NCBI GenBank assembly: GCA_951406725.2
Contig: OX597817.1
Span: forward strand, 23,312,001-23,376,000
Origin: Octopus vulgaris
Taxonomy: Eukaryota
Direction of reading: 5' to 3'
Length of the DNA: 64,000 nt
Every line of letters starts with the position of its first letter. Within the stretch, counting starts at the first letter, position 1. Below the pieces are notes generated by a model, which saw nothing but the letters and a program-made list of their open reading frames with translations, had not been told where the DNA came from and did no database searches. Both the position numbers and the translations under genes were made by a program. This document shows positions 13,065 through 25,702 of this stretch, one piece after another.

Positions 13065-14084
13065 TCTAATAAATAAAATAGACCTGTGTGCGCGTGTTCG
13101 CTCTTCACGCGAAAACGGCTGCGCGAATTGCTTCCATATTGGATGCAATAATTTGACCAAGAATACAGTATAATTTTATTTTATTAAAAATAAATAACAT
13201 TACTTTATATATATAATTCACTTCTTTAAAAAGGTTTCTCAATTTCAACTTCCGGTATTGACGTAGCAACAACGAAATTTTCGGTTTCCATTTTCGAAAT
13301 CTCTCACTCTCTATTTTAATGTTTTCATTTCAAGTTTTAATTCGATATTTGCAAACAACTACGATAAATTACTGAAAGAAGTAGTTATTAAGTTCAAAAA
13401 ATTCTTTTGAACACGCACACTTAACTTCCTTGAAAAAGTTTTTATTTATTTACTTTTTGCACACCATGTTCATCTCCATATATTTGTGGTCAGTCAGATA
13501 TGCACACGTGTCCACCCAAGCCATGCAGAATTCTATTAGTTACAGTTCTATTTCAAACTGTCCATTACACAACAAAGTTCCTTAGTTCTCTTGAACCACA
13601 TGCAACTCGTCCACAATGTGATAGAAGCTACGATCATCACTGAACATGCTTGTAGGGAGGAGGCTTTTCATTCCAGGAATTCCAGTCAAACCAAAAGACA
13701 TGCCATTTGAGTTCAAACAAATACAATTCCCAGTGCGACTTTGCTTCGCAACACCTATTAATAAAGCTCAACGTTACACTTTGAAATTTACTGGGTTGCA
13801 CTTAATTGAATCTTGCTTTTCTCATTGTCACTTAATGTTGGTTGCTCCAGGGTTGGTAATTTACAAGACTTTTGTCTATGCTCCAAATCAGAAAACAAAG
13901 AACATTGCCTTCAACTAATGTGATAGAACTTATCTATATTTGTATTATGAATTCAGATTTTATTTCCCAATTTAAGAATAAATTGAATTTAGAATAACAA
14001 ATTTCTATATAACACATTTTGCTTTTTCCTTCCATTATATAAGGAACAATTTCATTCCTGGGCAACGCTGGGTGCCTCTGCTAG
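13065..14084 (+). mobile_element. Internally deleted Helitron retaining the PIF1-like helicase C-terminus
   Basis: 5' A^TC; 3' hairpin CCTGGGCAACGCTGGG then CTAG^T (14081-14085); ORF 13646-13918 has FEFKQIQFPVRLCFATPINKAQRYTL...CFSH (cf. QFPxRLxFAxTINKxQGQTL...FSHGQ). 5' end less certain. Confidence 0.85.
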
Positions 14085-14643
14085 TATCTACGTAACAGCT
14101 ATTGTTTCAGTTTTGCGAAAGTTCGAAAGATACACATCTAAAAATTCAAACTAGGTATGTTTTAAATGTGCTCATTATATTAGTTAACATCCCTTATTTT
14201 ACATGTTGTGTGTCTAGATGCATACGCTAAGGAATAGATATTATTTTCGCAAATATCACAATAAGCATAGCCAGAAATATCTTTTGTAACAAATATGATT
14301 TAATAAACTATTGTAGAAGAAAAACACCTATTTCTTAGAAACACTAAATAATTTTACTTTTCGATGTCAGGAATTCAAGCATAGTTTTATATAACTCCAA
14401 AATATATTGAGCTGGGCTATCACCTTCAAGTTCCTTTCCTTTACCAATGTTTCACCTTGTAATGAAATATAAATACAAATGCACTAGCTGTATATTTGGA
14501 AAAATCACAAGTCTTGCAAGGAGAATCCAAAAACAAAATAAATAAAATAAACGAATAAAAATTTATATTTATGATCTACGTCTGAATTAGTGATCGCAAC
14601 GTTTGAGATGATCCCTGAATACAAATTGCCAAATAATATTGAA

Positions 14644-14718
14644 ACACACTTACACACACACACACTTACACACGCATATACATACTTACACACGCACACA
14701 TATATACGTACTTATATA

Positions 14719-14793
<75 letters not shown>
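14644..14793. repeat. (CA)n/(TA)n/(TG)n microsatellite
   Basis: Direct reading. Confidence 0.95.
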
Positions 14794-14797
<4 letters not shown>

Positions 14798-14951
14798 AAG
14801 TTGGTGTGTGAAAGCAGGTGGATGGATGTATACAAAAATAGAAAAGAGTGAAAAAACTACAGAAGGCTTGTTTTATAAGGTTAAAAAATATATTTAAGTC
14901 GTTATGTTAGAAAAATGTTATAAAATTTTGTGTATAGTAACATAGTTTTGG

Positions 14952-14990
14952 GAGAAATAACCGGTTTCGTGTAAACTTTTCAAATTTCTC
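14952..14990 (-). ncRNA. Minimal type I hammerhead ribozyme-like motif (U3:A8 core)
   Basis: GAGAAAT-TTGAAAA-GT TTAC AC-GAAA-CCGG-TT-ATTTCTC: 7-bp stem I, palindromic ACCGGT stem III; N17=U so this copy may be inactive. Confidence 0.6.
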
Positions 14991-15376
14991 ACATTCCTTT
15001 ACCTACATCGTGTCATGTCTTCGTTATGTAGTGCAAAGAAGAGTTTCAGGCAGGGAGGGAGGATCGGGGATTTCTTCCGGTATAAGGGAGATAATCACTT
15101 TATTTTATTTTATTTTTTTTTCAATGAGATGCGTGTCTCTGTGTAAGAAGGTTAGGATGTTTAAGTTCAGGCTTATATTTTTCAATGAAGAATGCTTCCT
15201 TGTTTAATCTAATTTATGTTGGTGTTCCAATAGCACATTGATAGAAAGGAAAAATTAAAAATTGTGGTAGTAGTTGCTTTGCGCATTTCTCAATATGCTC
15301 GCTAAAGGGTATCATTCTGTATTCTGGGAATGCAATCTGTTGTCGATGCAGACTGCATCTGCGTCTGAGTGATAAT

Positions 15377-15790
15377 TGATTGATTGATTGATTGATTCTA
15401 GTTTCAGCTCACAAGCTGTGGCCATGCTGGGGCACCGCCATTTGGTGTTGCTACATGGTTTTACTTCAAGAATGTTTTTTAGCAACTGCCATTTGGTGCA
15501 TGAGAGAGTTCGATGCAGCTGCCCTCATCTGCACCTCCTGCCGTGAAGTCGGTTCATCTGGGATACCTGACAAGAAGAGATCCAGTTTCATTTTAAAGAC
15601 ATCTGCATCCACCCCATGCAGGTCTCTTAGGTTCTTCGGGAGGATATTGAAGAGCTGTGGGCCTCGGAAGCCCAGGCTATCACAGTATCTTGTCCTACAT
15701 CTTGATGGCAAATTTGGAATCCTTGGCACCACGCAGTGGCGCCCAGTTCTGATATTTGTATAACTCTCGATGCCAAAGTTTGGGACAAGT
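15377..15790 (-). mobile_element. CR1-group LINE 3' fragment nested in the Penelope endonuclease
   Basis: ORF2 end GRHCVVP...SLGFRGPQLFNILPKNLRDL...FKMKLDLFLSGIPDEP; (TCAA)n tail; ATAAT direct repeat at 15372-15376 and 15791-15795. Confidence 0.9.
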
Positions 15791-16869
15791 ATAATCCAGT
15801 GGACCCTATGACATAAATTATGTTTTCTGAAGCACAAGTAAAATTAGATTTGATCTTGAACTTTTGTCCCTCTTTGAAGAGGAATTCCGATCCTTCTAGA
15901 AGGTTTGGGCATGTTGCGCAGTTTGGTCTACGACATTTTTTTTACTTTTGCATCCGTAATTTCAGAAAACAATTTTGCCTTTGTGAAAATCTTTTTTAGT
16001 GATTTAGGTTGTTTGTAGCTTTTAATGATTTTATGTATGTTTAGAATTCCCTTTAATTTGGGGTCCTTATGGAGTATTGGTTAATTCTGGGTGATGATGG
16101 TGAAGTCTTCTTTATTTCTGGGGTTGTATGTGGATATATAAGGCAGTATTTTCGGGGAAGGTGTGTTGCTGTGTTGAACTTTTCTCAAAGTTTCTATGTC
16201 GATTTCTGTTGCATATCTGATCCCATCCTCTATGAGTTAAACTGGGTAGCGTCTGTCAACTAGGGTGTTCTGGAGTTTTTGTAGTCTAAAGTTCCTGGTA
16301 TTTTGTTCTGACACTATTGTGCATATCCTTCTTGCAAGGTTGAAAGGGATGTTTGTTTTAGTGTGTCTTAGGTAGCATGAATCAAAAAGTAGGTATTGTT
16401 TGGCGTCTGTGGTTTTGCAAAATATGTCTGTTTCTATTTTTAGGTTAATTTTTTTAATCAGTATATCTAAGAATGGAAGATCCTTTTGGTTGCACTCCAT
16501 TGTGAACTGTATATTTGGGTTGACGCTGTTCAATAGGTTTTTGAATTTTTGGAGTTTATCTGTGTTTTCTTTCCAGAATATAAAACAGTCGTCCAGTAAT
16601 CTCTTCCAATTCTCTTTTATGTATTAAGAAAGAGGGTTTCCAAAGGCCGATAAAGATTACTGGTATATAATTATCTCCAGTTAGTCCATTGTTAGGTTCG
16701 GAATGACTGGTGCTGCCCTTGTACCCATAGCAATTCCGGATTTTTAACGGTAAAATGTATTGTCAAACATGAAGTGGTTATTTTGTAGGATGAATTCAAC
16801 CAATTTAGTAATGGCAATACAGTTCTGGCTGGACCAATTTCCGGTAGAAATACCAAACAGGATCAGTAA

Positions 16870-17985
16870 AGAATTCATTAACGGTATAGAGAACAAAGTT
16901 ATTTAAAAATCAAATATTACGGATTCTTCACAGCTTTGGTTTTTTTTTTATTTAATTCAGAATTTTGTTTATTTTTTATATATACACATTATTAATTAAT
17001 ACAAATTTAAACCAGTGGCCAGCATACGTAAAACACGTCTGATTACTGCAAATTATATTCAGATATATAAATAAGAGGAAAGACCACTAAGTGGATTCCT
17101 TGTATGCTGAAGATAGACGCCACCACGTCCTACCACGAAAAATGTGTTCTCAAATTAGCAGGGCACTGGAAGTTTATGATCAAGACAAATGAAGGGAAAC
17201 TAAAAATAACAGTTAATTCCATACCTCACAGTTTCGCCCAAAATACTTAAGGAATTATTTGTAGCTCCTCATCGAAATCTTTGCCGACACATAATAATCG
17301 AACTAGATACCAATCGTCTACGTGAGAGGACGATTTGCTAGGATGATTTGGCGTCTATCTTCAGCATATAAGGAATCCACTTAGCGGTCTTTCGTTTTAT
17401 ATATTTGAATATAATTTGCAGTCCTCCAACGTTTTTTAAGTAAGTTGGCCACCGGGTTAAATTAGTAATATTTAATAATATTAATATCTACCCATAGTAT
17501 TTAAGTTTTAATAACCTTGTTCTCTAATCGCTAACTTCACTAAATTGACAGCTGAATTCTATTCACTGTGGTTTTTTCTGGCTTGTGAATAGGAATTGCG
17601 ATGTATAATAGTTGAACTCTATATGCACTTGTCCTCTCATATAAACGACTGGTATCTAGTTTAATTATTATGTGTGGGCAACGATCTTAATTATTTATGA
17701 CGAGACTTCGAGGTATGGAATTAACTGCTATTTTTATTTTCCTTTTATTTGTCTTGCTCGCAAACATCTAGCGTACTGTTAATTTGAGAACACATTTTTC
17801 GAGGTAGGACGATTTGGCGGTTATCTTTAGCATACGAGGAATCCACTTAGTGGCTTTTCCTTTTTATTTATATATTTGAATATAATTTGCTCTTCTTGGA
17901 TGTTTTTCACGTATGTTGGCCACCAGTTTAAATTAGTATTATTTAATAATATCAATTTCTACCGTTAGTATTTAATTTCTATAAT
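16870..17985. repeat. Three diverged copies of an unidentified repeat, one forward and two inverted
   Basis: Motif CCACTAAGTGGATTCCT.GTATGCT.AAGATA forward near 17085 and reversed near 17365 and 17830; ~17010-17330 pairs with ~17630-17930; relative at 45250-45420. Confidence 0.8.
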
Positions 17986-19459
17986 ATATGATATATATAT
18001 GCACGTAGGCATTTACACACACACATATATATATACGTATATAATTCTATAGATATATGTGTGTATATATATATATAGATATGTGTGTGTGTGTGTGTGT
18101 ATTTATATAAGTGTATTAATTAGAAAGACAGACTTACAGCTAAACATATTCGCACATAAACTTAAGGGCATTCATACATGCAGCCCGTATACACATACGC
18201 ACATCATTACAAAGCACAAACATTTCTAGATTCTAATGAGTAGTATATTATTTGGTGTGTAATTTCTGCTTTCATTCTGTTTATTTGCATATGTCTTTAT
18301 TTAGTTCGAGATTTATTCCCAATAGCTATGTGATTCTACGGATGTAATAAATGATTCATAAATATCAAGGCCCTTAGGCACTGTTTGATCAGAATTAGGC
18401 TTATTTATCTGCATGAATAAAGACCCTTAGGGTGACTTCAATGACTGAAGAAGACAGTATGAGAGAAACTAACTTTGATTATACGTTCAAATACTAATGT
18501 CTTACTGTCACGACTTTCAACTCGGGTTTGTTTATTTTTACAAACTTTGTCTTCTCACATAGCAACTATTTTTTTCCTGGTTTGTATTTTCCTTTTCTCC
18601 TTCTGTTGTAGTTTGATATTCATTTATATTTCTTTGTGTTTTTTCATATTGTATTATACCAAATGACTTTCTTTTTTTTTTTTTTGTTCCATTTCATCAC
18701 TCTTATCTTACTCTATATTTCCTCCAACTCATGGAGAGAATCACGTGTATTTTCGTGCATTCCTGTTGTTTTCAAATAGGATTAAAATTGCTTCTGCGTT
18801 GAAGTATGAAATATCTATCCTCTTGATAATTCAATATATGTATTCGGTGAAAAATTCCCAATCTTTTTACTGGTATCATTCTTATTTTATCATACTGAAA
18901 TTACAATTTTCAATTTACTGAATCAAATATGTACACAATCGATCTTCATTTATACATAGTTATAAACTTTGTCTGATGCAGCTAAAAAAGTGTAAACAAT
19001 ATCAATACACTACGCTTAATATATGTGCGTAGTTAAACGCTGTAAAGCTGTGGTACTTCATCCAGTGTCGACCCCTTTAAAGGCGTATTGTGTTTTAAAG
19101 ATCACTACATAGCTCAAACCAAGCTGCTTCTAAAAATGTATTGTTTTCTTTTCAGGGTGCGACACATATGCGTATCAGCAAAGGGCTTATATGATTTTTG
19201 TATATATACTTTTACCTAACTGAATCAGGTAATTTTGGCGATGTTTTAGTGTGTAGCTCTAAAGAGCGGAAATTACTGCGAAATATTGATACCTGTTACT
19301 CTCACTTCCGTGCTAATTTCGTTTCTCCTAGCATCGAGGTATGTTGTCTTGTTAAATACAATACATTTTGAAAGCGGTCTATCTTGGACGAAGTGCTGTA
19401 GTTTAACAGCGCATAAATACGCATATACGAATGGGTTTGGAAAAGTTCCTTCTTTACGG

Positions 19460-19640
19460 GCGTTGCGAAAGGCCTGGTTGGAGGCACCAGCTTCCGAGTT
19501 CTTTTACAGAGCTTAGAAAAAATTGAAGGACCGCTGCAATAAATGTGTGAATCTAAGAGGTAAATATATTGAATGAAATCATAATTAATTGATCCTCCTG
19601 AATTTTCTGTGACCTAAAGACAGGGAATTTTCAGCCCCCA
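19460..19640 (+). pseudogene. Mariner transposase C-terminal remnant
   Basis: AWLEAPASEFFYRA*KKLKDRCNKCVNLRGKYIE* (cf. RWxKCVxxxGxYVE). Confidence 0.7.
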
Positions 19641-19696
19641 CCACTTGTACATTAAGTTTGCCGAAATAATTTATACACGGTATTTATTTATGCAAT

Positions 19697-19769
19697 ATTT
19701 ATTTGGTCTATTTGTTGATAGACCAAATGAATTGTTGATAGACCAAATAAATTGTTGATAGACCAAATA
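19697..19769. repeat. Three 20-bp tandem units TTGTTGATAGACCAAAT(G/A)AA preceded by an inverted partial copy
   Basis: Units start 19712, 19732, 19752; 19697-19711 is complementary to 19718-19732. Confidence 0.85.
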
Positions 19770-19926
19770 CGAAATAGATAGCAGGATCAAAATTATTTAG
19801 GATTAATAAACGATAACTCCGTAGAGCAAACCAGACATCTGTAGTGACGTAGTTTTTTGGGAGATGATACTGAAACTGGAATGCTTCAATAAGTCTAAGC
19901 TGCTGAAATGTACTTTCACTGTAAAA

Positions 19927-21310
19927 TCTTGGTTCCCAAACAATTTCAAAATTTTCGTACTACGGACCCCCTCCAATATTTTCGTGTACGGTAAGTCCAT
20001 ATTCATGCAGACGTTACTTTGAATTTTATTCATTTTGTTTTACTTCAGTATCCTCATTTTAGTCATTCAGTTGAACTTAGGTCAAGTTTCTTACCATTGT
20101 AACCCCATGTAGCTACCTTAAAAAACTTCAACTTAAAGACGCTAGGTTCTTTATGTGGAACGAACGTCTTAATTCTTACAGCGCTACTAGATTGTCATAA
20201 GTAATATCAAGAATCAACTTACGATGATAAACATGTCGAAAATATAGGCATTCGTAAATGTGTGATGATGAAAATAAATCGCAACCTCTTCATAAACCAC
20301 CTTTGTGGTCTATGTCATCAATGCGCCGGTGTTACGGCCTTTGTAACAGCTCAGAATATACCCCTGTCGAGACTCTACCCGGAGCTTGTCTGGGTTAGCC
20401 CAGACTATACCACCTCCAGACAGACAGAGAGACCAGAAAATACCCCTGTCCAGACTATATCCCATGCTTGTGGATAAATACCACAGATGCACTCCACTTA
20501 TAAAAGTTGCATCAGAACATATATAAAATTTGATATCAACCGATGAAGAATGAAGTGTTACATGTGAATTTCAATTTAGACATAGTAATTTAGAATTATC
20601 AAATGCAAATTACTTCAAAATGTACCCAATATAAACCCAGCACGAATGGCCACATTTGTGCGAGTCTAGACTATTACACATAGAATAAGTGCGCTGCGCA
20701 GCATGTGCGAGTCGTCAGTTTTTTTCCAAAATCTACCTATACACTGGGTTCATATTGGTGCATTGAATATGTTTAAATCGAAATTTACATGTAACTTTTA
20801 AATCTTCGTTGAGTGATATCAAATCTTATGTCCTGCGGCAACCTTTATACGTGAGGTACATCAGTGTTATTCGTCTGCTAGCATGTGGTATAGTCTGGAC
20901 AGTAGCATCTTTTAGCTGATTGTCTGGTGTGGGTATTGTCTTGGCAGGGGTATATTCTGGGCTGTTGCATTGCCAATTTTCAATGTTGCTTATACTTGTT
21001 GCACCCATACCCCAACAATGATCGAAAAAGCCGCAGAGAAACGCCTGCATTCAAGTACGTTCACGTCCGTCATGCGCGCGTCGCGACGCATCGCCTCAAA
21101 TGCACTCTATCTGTCAGATTTCTTTTTTTAACACGTAAATTAGGGGTTCTGCGTATCACTTGCCTGTTCAATGATTCCAGTTTTATCTAAAACCTGAAAG
21201 CCTAGGTTTTTGAACATTAAAAAACTGAAAATTGACGATCCCTTCGCAGATCTCTTAAAATCGCTTCATGGACACCCAGGAGTCTGCGGACGTCATTTTG
21301 GGAACCAAGG
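19927..21310. mobile_element. Possible old hAT (Charlie-like) non-autonomous element
   Basis: Inverted ends TCTTGGTTCCCAAA / TTTGGGAACCAAGG; flanking 8-mers ctgTAaaa and gtcTAgac share the central TA but are not identical. Confidence 0.4.
20343..20968. mobile_element. MITE/foldback-like element with inverted subterminal CCAGACTATACC-type repeats
   Basis: GTAACAGCTCAGAATATACC vs reverse complement GCAACAGCCCAGAATATACC (18/20); several internal motif copies in opposite orientation at the two ends. Confidence 0.65.
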
Positions 21311-23860
21311 GTCTAGACGATAGCCGCACATTTTAAATGACAAATCGTATTTTAATACGGATTACTTTTTATAAGTCAGTTGTCTGGAGTGTTTCTCGGT
21401 CATGGTACTATGTAATAAACAGATCTTGTCTTTTGGCCGGTTGATCAGAGAGTAAAGGAGCCCAGTACTGTAGTTTGCTGAGTAAGAAGAGTATGTGAAC
21501 ATACAATAATAGCTAATGATTTAAGACAAAATCAACCAGAAGAATGGGTTTTCCAGGGGCATTAAACGACCAGAAAGGACATTCAGCAGAAAGATATTTT
21601 AATATTATATCCCACTTTGCTTTCTATTAAACGTCTTAGGTTAATTGGTATTGAGCAGATTGGGTGGATCAGTCAAAAAATATTAACGAAATGCAGGTTT
21701 CACTCATTGTAATTAGGCTTAATTAATCCATCATTTTGGTTCAGTTAATTATCTGAAATCATTTCGGTTCAGTTAAATATATGGCATACATATATAATCG
21801 TAATCAAGCTTTTCATCCTTGTACACTAGCTGTTTTTTGGTTTTATTTTTTGGTGGTGGCGTTATTGCATTATCTTATTAAGTGAAGTGAAATTTTAGAG
21901 ATAGAGAGAATAAAAGAGAGGGAGAGAAAAAGAGACAGAGACAGAGAAAGGCAAACACGCAGGTGTGTACGTTTGTATGTATGCTTACGAGTGACCGACA
22001 AGATATGTGAGTGTGTACAATTGTAACATAGAATATTACAGATAGTTAGCACTAAGAGTAGTCCAAGTGTTATTTCACTTCACATATTATCTGAGCTCTT
22101 TGCTGGCATAAATTAACAGTCTATTGTTTCGGATACTAGAAATTGCCTGATATGATATTTCCTCAAACATGGAAATATTAAAGTCAAAGTTTAACTGGGA
22201 GGATTTGAAATTGAGAACAGAGAGATTGGTATTAAATAGGAGAGGGATTTTTTCCTCACTTCAACGCTTCTGCTGTCCATCGCCATAGGTGTTGTTTCAT
22301 TCGTAGTGCTCTTGAAATCGTTTTGTATACGACAAAACAATTTGGGGAAAGGTATAGTTGTTGGATACAATGGGTTTAGTACATGATTTCTACATTGTTT
22401 TATTAGAGGATGACGTGTCAACTGCGTCTTGTATATATTATCCATGCCAGAACAGGAAATGGTGTCACCATTAGTCAGTTAGCTAGTTAAAATGTATATA
22501 TTAGCGACAGAGGTAGTATTAATACCGAGAGATAATATTTATCAATGCATAAACATGGATGATTTGTTAGAACAAAACTTTCCTGAGGAAAGTTTCATGA
22601 GAGAAACCCTCGTATTGGCTTTTTAGTGCAAAATGCCTTCAGAAAAGTCACTGCTATAATGATTAGCTAGTTAGCTTGTTGAATAATTATGTTTAATTCA
22701 CATGTTAGAATAGACTATTTTTGTAGTTTTTTGAATAATATTAGTTTCTAACAGTTAGGAGCTAAATATTTCAGATCAGAAATGTGTTTGATGAAGATGC
22801 TTTTTACTAAACTGCTTAAGTAAAATTCAGTGGTCCCTACTAGTAATCGAAACTAGTTAGCTGAAAACAATTCTGAGACTGATCATAGCTTCATCATTTG
22901 CTATTCATTAGCTTCTTTACTACGGCAGAAAGCTGTTTGTAATAGAGATATTTTAATGCCTTTCATAAACTAATAGTTTTATCTCTTTATGACAAAAGAA
23001 AAACAGAAGCGATCTGGTTGACATTTGAACGCAAAGGAAGCTTATGGCGGATCAGATAATGAACATTATCTAGGCCGTTGCTCTCTTACCTTGAGCGAAT
23101 TATAGACATAGTGTCTCTATTTGCATAATTAATCATTTACATAACGGATTCTTTCATACATTCCACAGTTTCTTATCACTTTTAATCACCTTAAACAAAA
23201 GTAATGATTTTACTGTACAGTAATAGACATCTTCTTGTCATTTATATTCTGACAATATTATCTTAGCGCTGGCGGCCGAAGGACGCTTGGTTAATATTTT
23301 AAATGCTCTTGTTCTGACGACATTTTATCTGAGTGTCAACTGGCATTAGTGGACATAAGATATTCACCGACAGGCAATGCCAATCTGTGTGCAATGCTCT
23401 GGGCAACAGTTGCATTTATAGAGAAATGTTGTCTGCAGACACCCTCAATTAGTGACAAGCTGCTAAACTAGGACACAGATTCCGTATGATGAGAAATATT
23501 AACCGACCAACTGAATAGTAATAGATTTCTAAAGCAACAAGAATAATTTCTTATATATTGCTTTCAGCAACACATTACATATAAAGAACGCTGTCGTTAT
23601 TAGCAAGACACAATCAATGACGGGTGAGTATGTACGTGTGTGTGTTTCTGTGCGTAGAACGGATATGGAAATTCGTAGAGATGGAATAATGTCTTGGCCT
23701 CTAATAAAAGCATTCTACCATATATAACGACTATATTTGACGCTTGGGTTTTATAATACAAAGATACATACATATATAAATACGTGCACAAACATCTTAC
23801 AATTATTATTGTAAAAAATCGTATGTAGACTATTATGTGGGTCCATGCAAGTGGTAGGGA

Positions 23861-23863
23861 ATA

Positions 23864-23923
<60 letters not shown>

Positions 23924-23925
23924 CA
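23861..23925. repeat. (TA)n microsatellite
   Basis: Direct reading. Confidence 0.95.
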
Positions 23926-25702
23926 AACTGTGGAAGCGTGGAATGAGATGGTGTTTATAGACAAAAATTAAATTTCAAACGCAGTATAACTGTAGTGACA
24001 ACAGAGAAAGATTAGATAAATACACCTGTAACATTGAAAAAAAGTTGCCTTTGGATGCGCGCGAGTGTATGCTTTTGAGCATGTATATGTTATGTTCATA
24101 CATAAATATGTATGAAAGCAATGCGATCTGATTGTGGATTCTTAATGAATACGTCTACACGCGTGCGTTTAACGAGCTTATACTGAATGAACATATACTT
24201 TTTGAACAAGAAGCGAAGGACAATTTCGAGGTAGTTCATAAGTTATTAGGAACTCACAAGTGATTTTTATTTTAACCCACACTGCTGAGCGATAACCTGG
24301 AAAATGCTGAGAGAAGGGGTGAGTGTTCGTGCTCATGGTCTGTTTAGGATGGTTTCCAAAATATCCATAGTACAGTTTCAAGTAACCCCTTAGTGTGCTT
24401 GCAGTTAAGTGACCGCATCAAAATTAAACAGCTTAGGAATTTACCTAATTTGAGACAGAGCAATGCTATTTCTCACAATAATATATTTTCATAAATCTTT
24501 AAAATTTGCTATCAACAACCCACCAAATAATCAAATAATTATCTAATATATCAGTAGATGTACATGCAGTAAAATTTAGCGTTCTTTTATAATTTACTGT
24601 GGGATAGAAAGACGAAACTGAATTGATTCATATCATCATGGGGTGAGATGTTGGGGACGAAATTATTGTGATTTATATTTACAAAATTCTTCACAGAAAA
24701 GTCTCTGTTTCATAACGGGTTTATACAGAGATTATGAACACGAACGACCACGTTATTCATAGATTTAGAAAATGTCTTATGTAGTTATTTAGTCAGGGAG
24801 ATTTAAGAACGTACGTCACTACTGATCTTAATAGACATAACCTTCTGTACGTTAAGTTATTCTATATTGAAACGGATAAATTCAAGCTTTATAGGAAAAC
24901 AAATGAAAGATAATTTTAATAAATAATGATTAGAATCACACTCCACAATCTTCAAAAATCTAATATCCAATATTTAGAAGTTGATATCTTCTTCAATATC
25001 GGAAGAAGCTGCGTTCAGTAGTGCTTCTCCTTATTAAATCGAAACAATTCATAATCGTGGTTTCACAGATATAATACACTGCTGGATTCGAACAAAGCGT
25101 AAAAGTAGATTTTAAAATATTTTATTGTATAAAATGTCGTTTATTTTAAATATGATTTCCCATTTTGCTCGGTATTTCGTTTATAAAATTTCTGTTCATT
25201 TCCTGATAAATCATAAAGATTATAAGCTTCATAACAAGAACACAAATATCATCAGCAAGTTTAATACCAAAAATATTTACTCCATTAAAGCAACAAATCC
25301 CTTTATTCCTATAGAAAGCATATCTCAATCTATTTCGAAATCATCCTCTCCTCGGAACTTGTCTTCGAAATGCTTTGATTAACTCTATTCAAATTAATTT
25401 CAACTACATAGCTGTTCCGAGAGCATTTGTTGACCCCCACAAAAGTTGGGTTTAAGCAGTATTTTGTCAAGAAGTTTCATACATTTAGAAATACTGAAAG
25501 AGGCGGGACACACTATTATCTAACTTTATAGAGACCAGGTCTTCATGAAGAACGAATAAATGATAACTGCAACGAGAAGCATCCTCATTTTATGGCAGAG
25601 AGAAGAAAAGCACTTCTATCGCAAAAGATAAGTGTTTATTTGCATGTAGTAAACGTAAGAAGATAAAAGTGATTGTGAACTTGCAAATTCAGCTTATATC
25701 TC

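Larger units (their letters stand above)
14865..16810 (-). mobile_element. 5'-truncated Penelope-like element (Neptune-type): RT, Cys-rich linker, GIY-YIG endonuclease, 3' pLTR
   Basis: Hand translation: NNHFMFDNTFYR*KSGIAMGTRAAP, WKRLLDDCFIFW, NIQFTME...LPFLDI, KCRRPNCATCP, FTCASENIIYVIGSTGLSLRRRCSLH, EAFFIEKYKPEL; in-frame stops; interrupted by LINE at 15377-15790. Confidence 0.9.

Noticed and set aside
17107-17150. Hammerhead from CTGAAGA...CGAAA in the inverted repeat family
   Set aside because: No stem I/III pairing and the core reads CTAAAGA in two other copies.
22191-22630. Possible host exon in unique sequence (hydrophobic reading LTSTLLLSIAIGVVSFVVLL)
   Set aside because: No recognisable domain, stops nearby and no convincing splice pair.
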